A DNA stretch of 64,000 nucleotides from Perkinsela sp. CCAP 1560/9 (GCA_965644495.1 CBFFSA010000002.1:124001-188000); one strand, 5' to 3'; positions 11,326 to 22,161 are shown, counted from the stretch's first letter. Translations and numbers: made by a program. The notes: generated from the sequence alone by a model not told the origin.

Positions 11326-11931
11326 TTATTTCTTTGATGCCCGTTTCTTCTTAATGATTTTTGTGTCTGATATGTCGATGCTCAGTGTTTGGTGAAGTTC
11401 TTCATCGAATACGCCATCCAATTCGCTGTTACTTGCGAGGTCAAGATAGCCTAACGTAGGAGGAAGCCCAGAAAAGTCAAGGTAGCCGTGGAATCGATTA
11501 TTGTAGACTGATAAATAAGAAAGATGAGACGGCAAGTGGGAGAGATTCATTTCTCCCTCAAAATCATTGCCATGGAGGCAAAGGCGGTGCAAGAGATCCG
11601 GAAGACCTGTAAAATCCACAGTTCCGGAAAAATGTTTATTACTCCACTGATAGTGCGTTAACGTAACTTCAATAACAGATGCAGGCAGATATTCAAGATG
11701 AAGTACACCCCCGGATCGTACATCTGTCCAATTAATTCGCACCTCATCCTTATCTCCTTCGATGGTAACGCCTTTCCACTCTTTCGCTGGGTGATATGTG
11801 GACCACGACGGGAGCTTTGTGTCAACCTCGGCGACAATTTGCGCTAAGGCATACTCAAGCGGAAGGGAGGATCCGCGAACTTTTCCTGTTTTACGCAGCA
11901 CGGACGTATCCGATTGATTGAACAATAGCAT
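11326..11931 (-). CDS. Short LRR protein, family member 2
   Basis: KVRGSSLPLEY motif, WKGV cap, LPxxLxxLxLxxNxFxG repeats. Confidence 0.85.
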   Translation of the reverse strand: MLLFNQSDTSVLRKTGKVRGSSLPLEYALAQIVAEVDTKLPSWSTYHPAKEWKGVTIEGDKDEVRINWTDVRSGGVLHLEYLPASVIEVTLTHYQWSNKHFSGTVDFTGLPDLLHRLCLHGNDFEGEMNLSHLPSHLSYLSVYNNRFHGYLDFSGLPPTLGYLDLASNSELDGVFDEELHQTLSIDISDTKIIKKKRASKK

Positions 11932-12209
11932 TGTTTTAGGTTTTCCTAATTAACACTGAGTTTAAAAAAAGCAAGGTCCTAGAAGTGACAAAAAAAGTTG
12001 CGGTACTCGTAAAAGTACCTCTACGTTCAATTACTGCAACTTATTGCACCATGGCAGCTTTAAATATGACTAGCATAGTCGCGAGTTTTTTAAAAGGACA
12101 ACTACTGAATTTTACTTAAAGGGATTTAGTTGGAGCGAATAATGCAGCACTAAATAGTTCAAAAAAATGATTCAAAAAGGTGATATCCTTTAGTGCTGTA
12201 AAGAAACTT

Positions 12210-13286
12210 CTACGAATCACGATGAACTATGTTGTCCGTGTCGGAGTTCTGTAGCATACGTTTGCGACGCCTGGTAGAGTGCGAAAAATCAACTAAAATT
12301 CTTCTATCATCTAAAAGTACACCGTTGGCGTTAATATAGGCTTTGCGACAATCATCGACGGATTCAAATTCCACGAACGCATATTGTAATGACCTTTGCG
12401 TCTTCGCATCACTAGGCATCTGTATCTCAAGAAGAGGTCCAAATTGCTCAAAAAATTGAGTCAAGCCTTCCTTGGTAGTTAAAGGATTTAACTTACAGAC
12501 AAATAAGGTGCGGATGGGTTCCTCCAAGGATGTACTGTGCGAATCTCTTCGGCCCAGGAGTTTAAGAATTTGTTCGTGTCGTTCGGTTTTAATAGCATCT
12601 AAGTTGCACAATGAGTCAGATTCCGTATCGCTCTCCAAAGCTTTCATATTTGCTTGATACTCTGCGTGAAAATGTAATTGTTCGATCATAGCATTTCGTA
12701 CTAAGGGGCTCAGACCTTCAGATACAAGCGCGTTGTGAGGTTCCACAAGAACGTGTACGCGACGAATTTTCACCTTTCGTAGCGGAACACCATGTGAAGA
12801 AGTTAACACTTTATTGAGTCGCTCCAGAGTTCCCAATCCATCTTTCGTTACTCCTATGAGATCGCCACATTTTTCTGCAAGTCGTGAGACAATACTGAAG
12901 CTGTGACTTAGTGATAAAATTAGTTGTGATGTTTGATGCCTCGAGTCGGGGCATTTCGAAAGAAAAAGGCTACCATAGGTTAATAAATCTTTGGGAGTGC
13001 TGCCAAACGAAGTTTCAAATCCACCACAGGAATTTGATTGATTCATAAATATGTGAGGCTGCACCGGTGGGGTGTTTGCATAGTTCGCATCATAGCTGCG
13101 ACCAAACTTTGCAAATCCACGTTTTTGAATAAAACAGAATAAGTCGCCATCGTAATAATTTTCCTGCGCCATTCGTATGACGTTCCAGATTGCTTTGGGT
13201 GAGAGTGATGGGAAAAGGTCCACTACGAAAGGCCCCAGGGAGGTATCAAAAAGTAAAGCCCCGTCAGCAGAAATAGATCGACTCAT
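12210..13286 (-). CDS. PPIL4: Cyclophilin-RRM protein (PPIL4/CYP59-like), divergent
   Basis: DTSLGPFVVDLF cyclophilin start; RRM with LFVCKLNPLT, SLQYAFVEFE, LLDDRRILVDFS. Confidence 0.8.
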   Translation of the reverse strand: MSRSISADGALLFDTSLGPFVVDLFPSLSPKAIWNVIRMAQENYYDGDLFCFIQKRGFAKFGRSYDANYANTPPVQPHIFMNQSNSCGGFETSFGSTPKDLLTYGSLFLSKCPDSRHQTSQLILSLSHSFSIVSRLAEKCGDLIGVTKDGLGTLERLNKVLTSSHGVPLRKVKIRRVHVLVEPHNALVSEGLSPLVRNAMIEQLHFHAEYQANMKALESDTESDSLCNLDAIKTERHEQILKLLGRRDSHSTSLEEPIRTLFVCKLNPLTTKEGLTQFFEQFGPLLEIQMPSDAKTQRSLQYAFVEFESVDDCRKAYINANGVLLDDRRILVDFSHSTRRRKRMLQNSDTDNIVHRDS

Positions 13287-13744
13287 CTAGTAGATTGTCA
13301 TGTGAAAACGGGGGTTTAAGGAAAAAGATACTGCGGAAGAATATTTGGATAATATTGAATAAAGAAGAGCCTTTAGATCGTATGAACGTGTAACAAGTAC
13401 ACTATGCAGTTTACTGCATAGGGTACCACATGGGCAATTTAAGCTGTTGAAGTTAATGAGTGCAAGCTAATCAGCGTATAACTAGACTGGATTGCACATG
13501 ACTAGACTGGATTGCGGCTGCGTGCAACTTATAGGGGAGGTACTTAATCTGAAAAGAAATACCCCACGAGAAACGCCACGAGCCCCGACTGTCTGTTTTG
13601 GTTAGAGTTTGCCAGACCGGAAAAAGGAAAAAGATTGCACGCCCTCTTCGTATGCAGAAATGCACATTAAAAGGAGAATGGCATTAAAAGTCGAGTGATG
13701 CGAAAGATTTCTCTTTGTAATATAATTGCCATCTTTGTGTGCTA

Positions 13745-14206
13745 TCATTGTTTCAATTCGTTTTTTCGAGGACACTTTCGAGAAAAATGTTCAAGCGATC
13801 CACAATAACGACAGGCATCACTTTGTAGATCACTTTTCGTACGAATTTGATCCACAAAAAAAGTAGACCCCATACTTTCAGTACTATCCCCTTTTGCGCT
13901 CCTCTCAGAAGTGCGGTCAATATCAGTACGTTCGCATGGCGCTGTTCGTTTTTCGTATTGCATGCGTTTTATTGAGATAACCTGACCACAGACTTGAGCA
14001 CCGCTCAGCTCCTTTAATATTTGGTCACTAACATCAACGTCACATCGTATGATGAAGGTGTTACCAGAGCAGTCTGAATTTCGAACTTTCTTTTGGTTAA
14101 CGGAATAGACGAATGGCGAGTAATTTGGTCCTAGTAGGGCCTGAACACAAGAAACATCGGCATAGAAAGGGAGGTCGCTTAGAACGAGTTTTTCACTTGA
14201 AGACAT
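13745..14206 (-). CDS. Small RRM-like + CCHC zinc-knuckle protein
   Basis: KLVLSDLPF..LSGAQVCGQVISI (RRM-like); CRYCGSLEHFSRKC (CX2CX4HX4C). Confidence 0.7.
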   Translation of the reverse strand: MSSSEKLVLSDLPFYADVSCVQALLGPNYSPFVYSVNQKKVRNSDCSGNTFIIRCDVDVSDQILKELSGAQVCGQVISIKRMQYEKRTAPCERTDIDRTSERSAKGDSTESMGSTFFVDQIRTKSDLQSDACRYCGSLEHFSRKCPRKNELKQ

Positions 14207-14461
14207 TTAATTTTGGAAATATGACCACTAAAATATACAATTGAACTACGGAAAATACATACATTGTGGCGCTAAATGTATACTGTAGCACTAAATACAA
14301 CCCATATTTAGAAATATCTTTTTTTGGTATCCTACAGCCTTGCACTAAGTCGTTCTCTATTATGCTTCAGTAATCGAAGATGTCGCAGTACGACTACCGC
14401 AACAGAAAGAGAATTTAACGTTGTATCCAATACCAATAAAGTAATTGAATGTGAATTTTCA

Positions 14462-15466
14462 TCAATAGAAGTATGGTATTTCACGGGAAACTAATGGTTC
14501 CTTGGGCAACACTTTCTTGTTCTTTGTATAGCGTGTGTCTCGCAGAGCGCAAGGATCCTCCGTAAGCATCCGCCGCAGCTGCTGACGATTTTTGTCCGTT
14601 TCCCACGTTGGAAGTGACTGTAGTTCATCCCGTAAGCGAGTATCGTCGTGTTCGAAATGACCATGTAAGGATATATGTGATGTAGAAGTTTGAGTTTTTG
14701 CACTTTTTTCCGTGTCCGTGGGTCGTTGAGATTTTAGAGAAACTGCACGCCTCTCACATGCAGGGCAGGGAAAGGCTGGAAATTGCTCAAGATCGTCGAA
14801 GCTAGGGAAGGGAACTCTCTCTGTTCTTAGCGGCTCAGAGACGATCGAATTCAAGGTGGAAGAAAAAGTGCCGTTTTCTTGTAAGACGCATCCGCAAAGA
14901 GAACAAGGTGATCCAACAGTCGTCCCTTTTTCCTTCTCAAATTCGCTATCAAAATCTGGAGTCTCATCGCGATCGTTATTCAATTGGTGAGACATTTTCG
15001 AACTCAATTCACCAATAGGGGTAGATACTACTCTCAGGTTCTTGAGTTTTGACTCTGTTTTCTCCTGTATTTCCTGCAAGGAATTCTTTGAAATTATGTT
15101 ACTGGAGTTTCGGCTAGATGATGGCCTTCTGATGATATGATCTTTCTCCGATTGTTTGGGGGCTACGGATAGACCACTTGATTGCTTTGCTTCATCAGCC
15201 GCAAAAAGTATGACCCTACTTGGTATGTAATTCGCGGTTTTAGACGGTTCTTCACTCATTTCTAACTTAGACATCACAGTGGAAGGTCTCAAAGGTTCGG
15301 GTTCAGTGCCATAGCGCGCCTCTGACACGGTTTGATGATCGTCGCTACGAGCCGCTTCGCTAGAAAAAACGCTGCGCGCATTTTTGTTAGAATGAGGACT
15401 TCCGGAATCTCCAATCCACCGGATTACAGTTAAGGGATCAGTTCCATCTTGACTCATACGGACCAC
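14462..15466 (-). CDS. Hypothetical Ser-rich protein with two CxxC pairs
   Basis: 334-aa ORF on the cluster strand; CSLC and CPAC. Confidence 0.6.
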   Translation of the reverse strand: MVRMSQDGTDPLTVIRWIGDSGSPHSNKNARSVFSSEAARSDDHQTVSEARYGTEPEPLRPSTVMSKLEMSEEPSKTANYIPSRVILFAADEAKQSSGLSVAPKQSEKDHIIRRPSSSRNSSNIISKNSLQEIQEKTESKLKNLRVVSTPIGELSSKMSHQLNNDRDETPDFDSEFEKEKGTTVGSPCSLCGCVLQENGTFSSTLNSIVSEPLRTERVPFPSFDDLEQFPAFPCPACERRAVSLKSQRPTDTEKSAKTQTSTSHISLHGHFEHDDTRLRDELQSLPTWETDKNRQQLRRMLTEDPCALRDTRYTKNKKVLPKEPLVSREIPYFY

Positions 15467-15690
15467 ATTAAGTTACTGTTCGAATTGTGCTAGAAAATGA
15501 TCCTACTGCACTAAATGCATTCCCACCACTCTATTCCTCACCAAATATACGCAACATCAACAAAAACCACAATCCATTTTCCACGGGTTCTATACACACA
15601 CCACGCACTCCACCCCCCCTAAAAAAAATTGTTCGAAAAAAAGGTTTTAAACCAAAAAACCGAAACACAAAAAATCCCCCTTCCCCCCTT

Positions 15691-16662
15691 TCAATACCTC
15701 TTCACCGCATCCGGCTGTATCGCCGAGTGCCACGCCTCCCCGCTCGCCTGCATCTCGCGCTCCCTCGCGAGCCGGTCCGCCCCCTGCACCCGGGTCCACA
15801 CCCTCTGTGCCACCCCCACGTTCTCCAGGTAGGCCACCCAGTTGCGTTTGAGCAACGCGGTCTCCTCCATGGCCATGTAGGGCACCGGGAGGTCCAGCGG
15901 GGGGATGGAGGAGGGGGCGGGGGCGCCCGGGGACCCCGGGGGCCGGTACGGCTGGCTCCCCCTGCCGTACTCCGGGTAGTGGTGGTAGAGCGTGGCCTTG
16001 CCCGTGGGGGTACGGGACCAGACCCGCCCCGCGGGGGAGTGGATGAACCGGGCAAACTCGGTTTGGCGGTAGGCCCACTCCTGCTGGCGGGTGTGGGCGC
16101 GGGTGTAGGGGATGGTGCGGTGGACGTGCCGCAGTGGTGATGGGGGGGAGGAGGGATGCGGAGCGTGAGGGAGAGGGGCGGTAGATCCTTGGAGAGTGCC
16201 TTTGGGGGTTTCGATGTCGGGGGTAGCCCCGTCTAGGGTAGGGGTGGTTTGGATGGTGTAGAACTCCGGGTTGTCACGGATGCCAAGCACCACGGGTTTT
16301 AGGTCCGTAAGGAACTGTTTGTAGATGCGTAACTCGGCCTGCGCCATGAGATCCCGCCCCTCTTGCCGGGCTTTGGAGTACGCACTGAGCAGTACCATTC
16401 GTTGGGTGTGGGAGGGGTAGTCCTCAAAGGAAGGGTCTACCCGTACACGCTTCACAAACCCCGCGGGGGTAATGGTGACCTCTACGTGACCGTTGAGCTC
16501 CGTCCCGACGCAGGCCATCTCGTCAAATCGGATCTGGTACTCGTATTTGTGGGAGTAGACGTACCCAAGTATACGCTGGAACTGCCGCTCGGGCATGAGG
16601 CGACGATGATGTGCCCACATGGCGCCTTGAACTCTTCGTAGGATGCGTTCGTAGACTTCCAT
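15691..16662 (-). CDS. Hypothetical protein with YbaB/EbfC-like N-terminal segment
   Basis: VGTELNGHVEVTITPAGFVKRVRVDP..VLLSAYSKA resembles the YbaB fold pattern; 323-aa ORF. Confidence 0.55.
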   Translation of the reverse strand: MEVYERILRRVQGAMWAHHRRLMPERQFQRILGYVYSHKYEYQIRFDEMACVGTELNGHVEVTITPAGFVKRVRVDPSFEDYPSHTQRMVLLSAYSKARQEGRDLMAQAELRIYKQFLTDLKPVVLGIRDNPEFYTIQTTPTLDGATPDIETPKGTLQGSTAPLPHAPHPSSPPSPLRHVHRTIPYTRAHTRQQEWAYRQTEFARFIHSPAGRVWSRTPTGKATLYHHYPEYGRGSQPYRPPGSPGAPAPSSIPPLDLPVPYMAMEETALLKRNWVAYLENVGVAQRVWTRVQGADRLAREREMQASGEAWHSAIQPDAVKRY

Positions 16663-17335
16663 GATAAAATCAGGTCAGCGTTTCACTGAATCAGGGAGGA
16701 TAACGAGGCAAATGTCATACTGTGTTTTACGTATAACAAGGTTCTGTAAGAAACCTCTGTAGAAAGATACATGTATGTATATAAACGCTGTAGAAAGAAT
16801 ATAAACACGAGAGATTCTGCAAAAAAGTGCCTTCTGAGTGCGTGATAAAACAATTTAAGGGATTAACAATTACTCTGTAAGACATAGAATGCGCCATTTA
16901 TGGCGCATCACAAATGAATCTGTGTAGATTGCAAATAATTTTAGGTCAAAGGATAGCCATTCAAGTATCTCATGGAAAAACGTTTCTAATTTTAAGAAGC
17001 TCAAAGAATATCTAAGGAAATTTGCTATAATGTGAAACGCAAAAATAAAACTCAGCAAGAATTCAGGGTGCTTAGGCCAAGGACCAATAATAATAACTAC
17101 ATTTATACAATTTATACAACTACATTTATCCCCCGAACACCATTTCTCTGAAATACAAGCTCCATGATAGCTGTTTTTATTAAATGTTCCATTAGAAAGG
17201 CTTCAAAAAGTGAGAAAGATTAATAATTTACTTGTTAAAAATAAATGGTTGTTAGTAATAGATGACCCCCCCTTACTTACTCCATACCCGGTAAGATTTT
17301 CCTCACATTTCCACCTACTAATGCCCTAAAGGACC

Positions 17336-17998
17336 TTACTTCTTCTGATCTCCAAATATTACGTTTTTAGGCACTCCATGAGGAGTAGCAAAGTAGTTTT
17401 GCATAAGATTGAGTCGCACATTTACAGAAAGTCGTGTCAATTCCAAACTACCAGAAAGATTATTCGAACTCAGGTCCAGGGCTTTCAGACATCCAGGAAG
17501 TCGGGTAAGATCAATCTCGCCTTCAAATCGATTGTGATCTAAATGCAAAAGTTCCAATGCACTGGGTAGATCTGTCAGATCTAACGGCCCACTGCATTCG
17601 TTGCTGCCGATTTTAAAAACCATTAAACGATTTGGTAGCATGGGAAGCTGCACAGGCCCTACTAAATTCTGCAGGGTCGCTGTAAAGGAAATTAACGTAT
17701 GTGGTATGTATTCCCACAACAATTCACCCTCCAACGTAGGAGATTCCGGATACGCACAGTCATCAGAATCGGAAAGTAGGATACAAGGTTCATTATTATC
17801 CCACTCAAAGGCAGTTACTTGCTTTTCCGCATTGCATCGTACAAATCGCCACTCACATGCGGGAGTAGTCTCTGTCCATGATTCCTCCTTGTCCACTAGG
17901 TTCCCCACAAATCGAGACAATGTGTATTCCAATGGTAACAGAGTGTCGCGTACTCTGTTTGGTCGAAGTGATGAGTCGGCCATTCGAAGTAAATGCAT
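17336..17998 (-). CDS. Short LRR protein, family member 3
   Basis: RPNRVRDTLLPLEY motif, WTETTPACEWRFVRC cap, LRRs. Confidence 0.85.
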   Translation of the reverse strand: MHLLRMADSSLRPNRVRDTLLPLEYTLSRFVGNLVDKEESWTETTPACEWRFVRCNAEKQVTAFEWDNNEPCILLSDSDDCAYPESPTLEGELLWEYIPHTLISFTATLQNLVGPVQLPMLPNRLMVFKIGSNECSGPLDLTDLPSALELLHLDHNRFEGEIDLTRLPGCLKALDLSSNNLSGSLELTRLSVNVRLNLMQNYFATPHGVPKNVIFGDQKK

Positions 17999-18399
17999 GC
18001 AGTGCGAGATTATTGAATATTCAAGTGAAATAATGAACGTGAAAAGCTATTCAAGAATGTTCATTAACAGTAGTAACCTAGTAAGAAGTAGTGCATTAGT
18101 ATTACCTCTGGAGGGATGAAGCTAAACACCACTGAGCGACATGTAACTGTATGAGCTCATATTCCTAGACAAAAATTTTCGCACCAATTCGGCAAATTCT
18201 AATTTGGTAGTAAACAACCGCGAATTGAATCCAGGGTGTGGAAGGATGATATCAAGAAAACATCCCCTTATCGTCGTACAACCGTGTTGTCATGTTTTCT
18301 GTTCCAGCTCTGAAAAATGCGGTCAGATCCCCACGCACATGACCCTCTCTACCTGGAAAAAATACACCACACGAATGCACATTCCTCGTCACAGACTTA

Positions 18400-19605
18400 T
18401 CACTCTCCTCCCACCTTCACCCCCCTCCCCACGGCCGCGGACGGGAAGTGGGACGCCACCACCCTCTCCAGTGCCTCACTCTCCACACTACATCCAATCC
18501 CCAAACTATTCAAAAAGTGTATCACCGAGGAGGCCCCAAGAAGACCACCGGGATGAAACAAATCCCCCGGGGTTTCAACCCCAGTGGCTTCACCTGTTTT
18601 TGTTGTCGTCCGGCTTGTGCTCGTTCTCACCAACTCACACAACGGGTCACAACTGATTTGGGTAATCCCACTACTTACCGCAACATAAACCGCATGCAGC
18701 CCATGGTGACGACCTCTTAAATACATGGCGTTCCTAACTCTACGCTCACCATCATCTCTATTTCGATAACGACCTCTATTTTTATTCGAATCTTGATTTC
18801 TTAAATACATATTATTATTATTCTTATCTTTATCGTCATTATCATAATAACCCCCACCCCCTCCCACCCCCACCCGAGGTTCATACACCAAAGCCCCCCT
18901 CGGGACACCGCTGCACGCGAGCGTACGCAGCAGCGTCTGCAGGTACTGCGTCCCGGGGACTTGAGGCCCGGGGGGCAGGAAGTCCGAGAGCACCACGCGG
19001 GAGGCCCCGGCCGACAGCGCGTGCTGGACCACCGCGACGACCTCATAGGCCGGGATGAAGTGGTGGTAGGGGCAGTGGCAGACGGCATGGAGCCGTGCCT
19101 CGAGGGGAGGGGTAGAAGAATCGGGGATGGGGTTATCAAGATGGGATGATGGGGATGGGGGGGGAGGACATAAAAGAGATTGCATGGTGGTGGTAGAAAG
19201 GGTGTTAAGGGTGGAAAAGGGGGTTTTAAAGTGGTGTGTGCAGTAGGTGGGGGAAGGGCTCATGGGGAAGATGAGGCGGTGGTGGGGGTGGGGGGCTTCA
19301 GGAGGGGTGGAGTTGTGGGAGGGGGTGTCCAAATGATGGGGTTTGGAGAGAGGTAATGAAACGCGTGTGTCGGGGGTTTCCACAAAGGAAAAGCCTGCGC
19401 GGTTAAGATCGTAGGCGAGATGTTGTGTTGGTGAGGAAGAATCTTTCGGCAGGGTCTGTTTTATGTCCGGAAGTGTGGTGAGAGAAGGGAGTACAGCACG
19501 GAGCTCGATGGCAGACCCCAACCCTTTGTGTTGGATCAGCGCTGGTCGGTGGGATGATCTTCGGACGGCATAGGTAAGCAGATTTGCTTTTGTAGAACTC
19601 AACAT
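18400..19605 (-). CDS. Degenerate HMG-CoA lyase-like (DRE-TIM) protein, probable pseudoenzyme
   Basis: LNRAGFSFVET; HAVCHCPYH..P..V..V...L.AGA..V.LSD; VIHFLNSLGI..V..EAL follow the HMGL pattern, but RDGLQNE and HxHD are absent. Confidence 0.5.
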   Translation of the reverse strand: MLSSTKANLLTYAVRRSSHRPALIQHKGLGSAIELRAVLPSLTTLPDIKQTLPKDSSSPTQHLAYDLNRAGFSFVETPDTRVSLPLSKPHHLDTPSHNSTPPEAPHPHHRLIFPMSPSPTYCTHHFKTPFSTLNTLSTTTMQSLLCPPPPSPSSHLDNPIPDSSTPPLEARLHAVCHCPYHHFIPAYEVVAVVQHALSAGASRVVLSDFLPPGPQVPGTQYLQTLLRTLACSGVPRGALVYEPRVGVGGGGGYYDNDDKDKNNNNMYLRNQDSNKNRGRYRNRDDGERRVRNAMYLRGRHHGLHAVYVAVSSGITQISCDPLCELVRTSTSRTTTKTGEATGVETPGDLFHPGGLLGASSVIHFLNSLGIGCSVESEALERVVASHFPSAAVGRGVKVGGE

Positions 19606-19814
19606 CGATGCAGAACATTAGAATGCGTTGCAAAGCTAAAAAATTCTTCCCTACTGTACACATGCTTTTCTACTATGTATATATTAAAATGGAAATAAAT
19701 TATTTCAAATAATGAAGACAATGAATAACACATTGCAGTCAGCGATATAAAAAAAGTAAATCAATTGAGGTGCATTCTTACAAAGTAAGAACAATTATTC
19801 TTAATAAGTAATAC

Positions 19815-20651
19815 TCATTCTTTATCCTCTGGAGGATTCGGCAAATCTTCGTCTTCTCCGTATTGCAATACATAGTCCAAAGTACTGAAGGTATTCATAA
19901 TACCCTCCTCATCGTGTACGCTCCAGGGAATAAAGTTTACAAGATTAAAATCTTCGATTAAGGAGCATAACGCATTTCGAAGAGACTCGGATTTTCCCAT
20001 CTTAGATTGCGCTCGTCCATCACTGTCTAGTGCAAAATTGATTGATGAATCAATGAAGTCGCAGTTTAAAAATCTTTCCAGATTGTCCTTTTCTTGTCCT
20101 TGCAAGAGATCCGTTTTCGACAAGAAGGTAAGAAAGGGTGTATCCAACGCTACCATAGCACTAAGAGCGCATAAACAACCGCTAACGTATTTATTTCGGT
20201 CGATTACAACCGACTGAGCATCAAGAAGAAAACACACTACTACGTGATACGAACCCAACCTAGAGAGTCGATGTGCAAGCTGTGGCACAATCGGTATTTG
20301 TGACAGGAGCTCTATTTGGCCCGGAAGGTCAAAAATTAAGAAATCGTCGTCGTACTGACCTGAGAAGTTATGTTGAAGCCAATCTTCTTCTTCTAGAAGA
20401 CCTTCCATAAGCGCGACAAGAGCTCCGTTTGGGCCCAAACCTTCCGAGCGTTGTGTGTCCTCCACCGTGAGCAGATCGCGTACGTCATAGCTTGCGTTGT
20501 AAGGGACATTCAGTACAGCGGGGTCAAGATTTACTACATGCACCGTACGTTTTGGACTCGCCACTGTGAGTGCGTGTTCTTGCAAACAAGCACAGAAAGT
20601 AGTCTTGCCGCTTCCAGCTGGTCCTACAACAAGGATAGCGTAACGACCCAT
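19815..20651 (-). CDS. GPN3: GPN-loop GTPase 3
   Basis: GPAGSGKTT, VNLDPA, GLGPNG, DLPGQIEL, C-terminal QYGED. Confidence 0.9.
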   Translation of the reverse strand: MGRYAILVVGPAGSGKTTFCACLQEHALTVASPKRTVHVVNLDPAVLNVPYNASYDVRDLLTVEDTQRSEGLGPNGALVALMEGLLEEEDWLQHNFSGQYDDDFLIFDLPGQIELLSQIPIVPQLAHRLSRLGSYHVVVCFLLDAQSVVIDRNKYVSGCLCALSAMVALDTPFLTFLSKTDLLQGQEKDNLERFLNCDFIDSSINFALDSDGRAQSKMGKSESLRNALCSLIEDFNLVNFIPWSVHDEEGIMNTFSTLDYVLQYGEDEDLPNPPEDKE

Positions 20652-20759
20652 TACATACGCTATAAAACTATAGATAAAAATTTAGTTATAAAATTTATTA
20701 TAGACAATTTTTTATAGGGCGTTTCTTGACACAAGGTACATAAGTAAATGATTTAAATA

Positions 20760-22161
20760 CTCCCCCTTTCATAATTGTTTACAAATATAAACTATAAGTG
20801 TTTCGACGATTTATATTTATAGTATATAAAGCTTTATAAGTGTTTGGTACCGAGATGGATTTACTTATAAAATTATTTATATAAATTATGAGCAGCCATG
20901 CCTCAATAGGATGTTCGCCCAAATGAACTCAAAGTACTTGATGAAGTTCCTCTAGGGAATGTCCGAAGATTCTGGTCAATGCTCAATCTCACTCCCACTG
21001 AAAATAAGAGAAGCAGTACATTGCGAGTGCAAAAACACATTTCGGTAACTTCGATACGTAAAATTTCTTTTCTTGCAACATATTCTTCAATTTCTATTTG
21101 AGAAAACAAAACATGCCAACATAAAGCGTTAGCTCGGAGTACGAATTCAGACAACAAAGATTGAAGAGAGAGCACATGCTTTTCACCATGAGATTCAACG
21201 TACGCCCTCACTCGTTCGTTCCGTCGACAAATTTCTCGTTGAGATAGTTGGCCTGATGATGACAAGTAGTGGGTAACCAAACTGCGCGACTCGGAAGGCC
21301 TTTCTTCGCCCTTCTTGCGTGGCATAAAACAATTGGAGTTGGTTTGATTGTATAAAAACACCGTAGAAACACTTAAAGGGGGGGCTCGTTTATTGTTAAC
21401 AAATTTTTTCGAGCATTTTTTGCTAACAATAATCGGACTTTTATCCCCCAATGTTAACATTATACGAGTTGCAATGAAAGTTCGAATATTGTTACAATGA
21501 GGAGTATTTGGGCACTCTCTGGAGGTCGCTGAAGGTCACTGGCAATCGCCAGAGCTACTAACGACTCTCCAATGACACCTCTTTAGGGAACTGCGCAGTT
21601 TTCAATTGCCATACAGTTTCATCCAAAACTGAGTTATGCGAATCGAAGTGCGATGTCGGGTGAGGTACCGTTTACTTGCCTTCTCAACGTTTTATCTCTG
21701 GAGGATGCCATCGTCGGGCGAATGAAAGTCTGTTGTTTCAATAACATAGTTTCGCATATCGTTAAGCGCATCATTTTCCTTATCGTGAACGCTATAAAAC
21801 ATGACCATAGGGAACAAAAAAATTCAAAAGGCACACGAAAAAACCGAAATTAATTCATTGTTAACAATAATCGAATGTTAACAATAAAAGAATTTATTGA
21901 TTGTTAACAATAATCGAATGTTAACAATAAACGAGCCCCCCCTTTACTAACACGAAACCTAAGTTTAATACAGAACCAAGTAACATATTACTCATTGTAT
22001 ACGCAACCCAGGAAGGAACAAGGCGGCGCGAAGCGCCGCGGGCTCCGTTTTTACCAGTACTATTTCTAGAACTTTTCGAGAGCTTTCTAGTTTTATATAA
22101 ATTTATATAAAACTAGAAAGCTTCTTCGGTTCGAACTTATAAAGAATTATGAAAGGGGGAG
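20760..22161. mobile_element. TA-flanked TIR element (~1.4 kb) carrying a nested MITE
   Basis: TA|CTCCCCCTTTCATAATT ... AATTATGAAAGGGGGAG|TA (17-bp perfect TIR). Confidence 0.8.
21376..21944. mobile_element. Nested MITE with 26-bp perfect TIR and subterminal TGTTAACA palindromes
   Basis: TA|AAGGGGGGGCTCGTTTATTGTTAACA ... TGTTAACAATAAACGAGCCCCCCCTT|TA. Confidence 0.85.

Noticed and set aside
15487-16140. Overlapping alternative ORFs in GC islands (also 31646-32246 and 50220-50599)
   Set aside because: Stop-codon depletion in GC-rich DNA that overlaps better-supported minus-strand genes.
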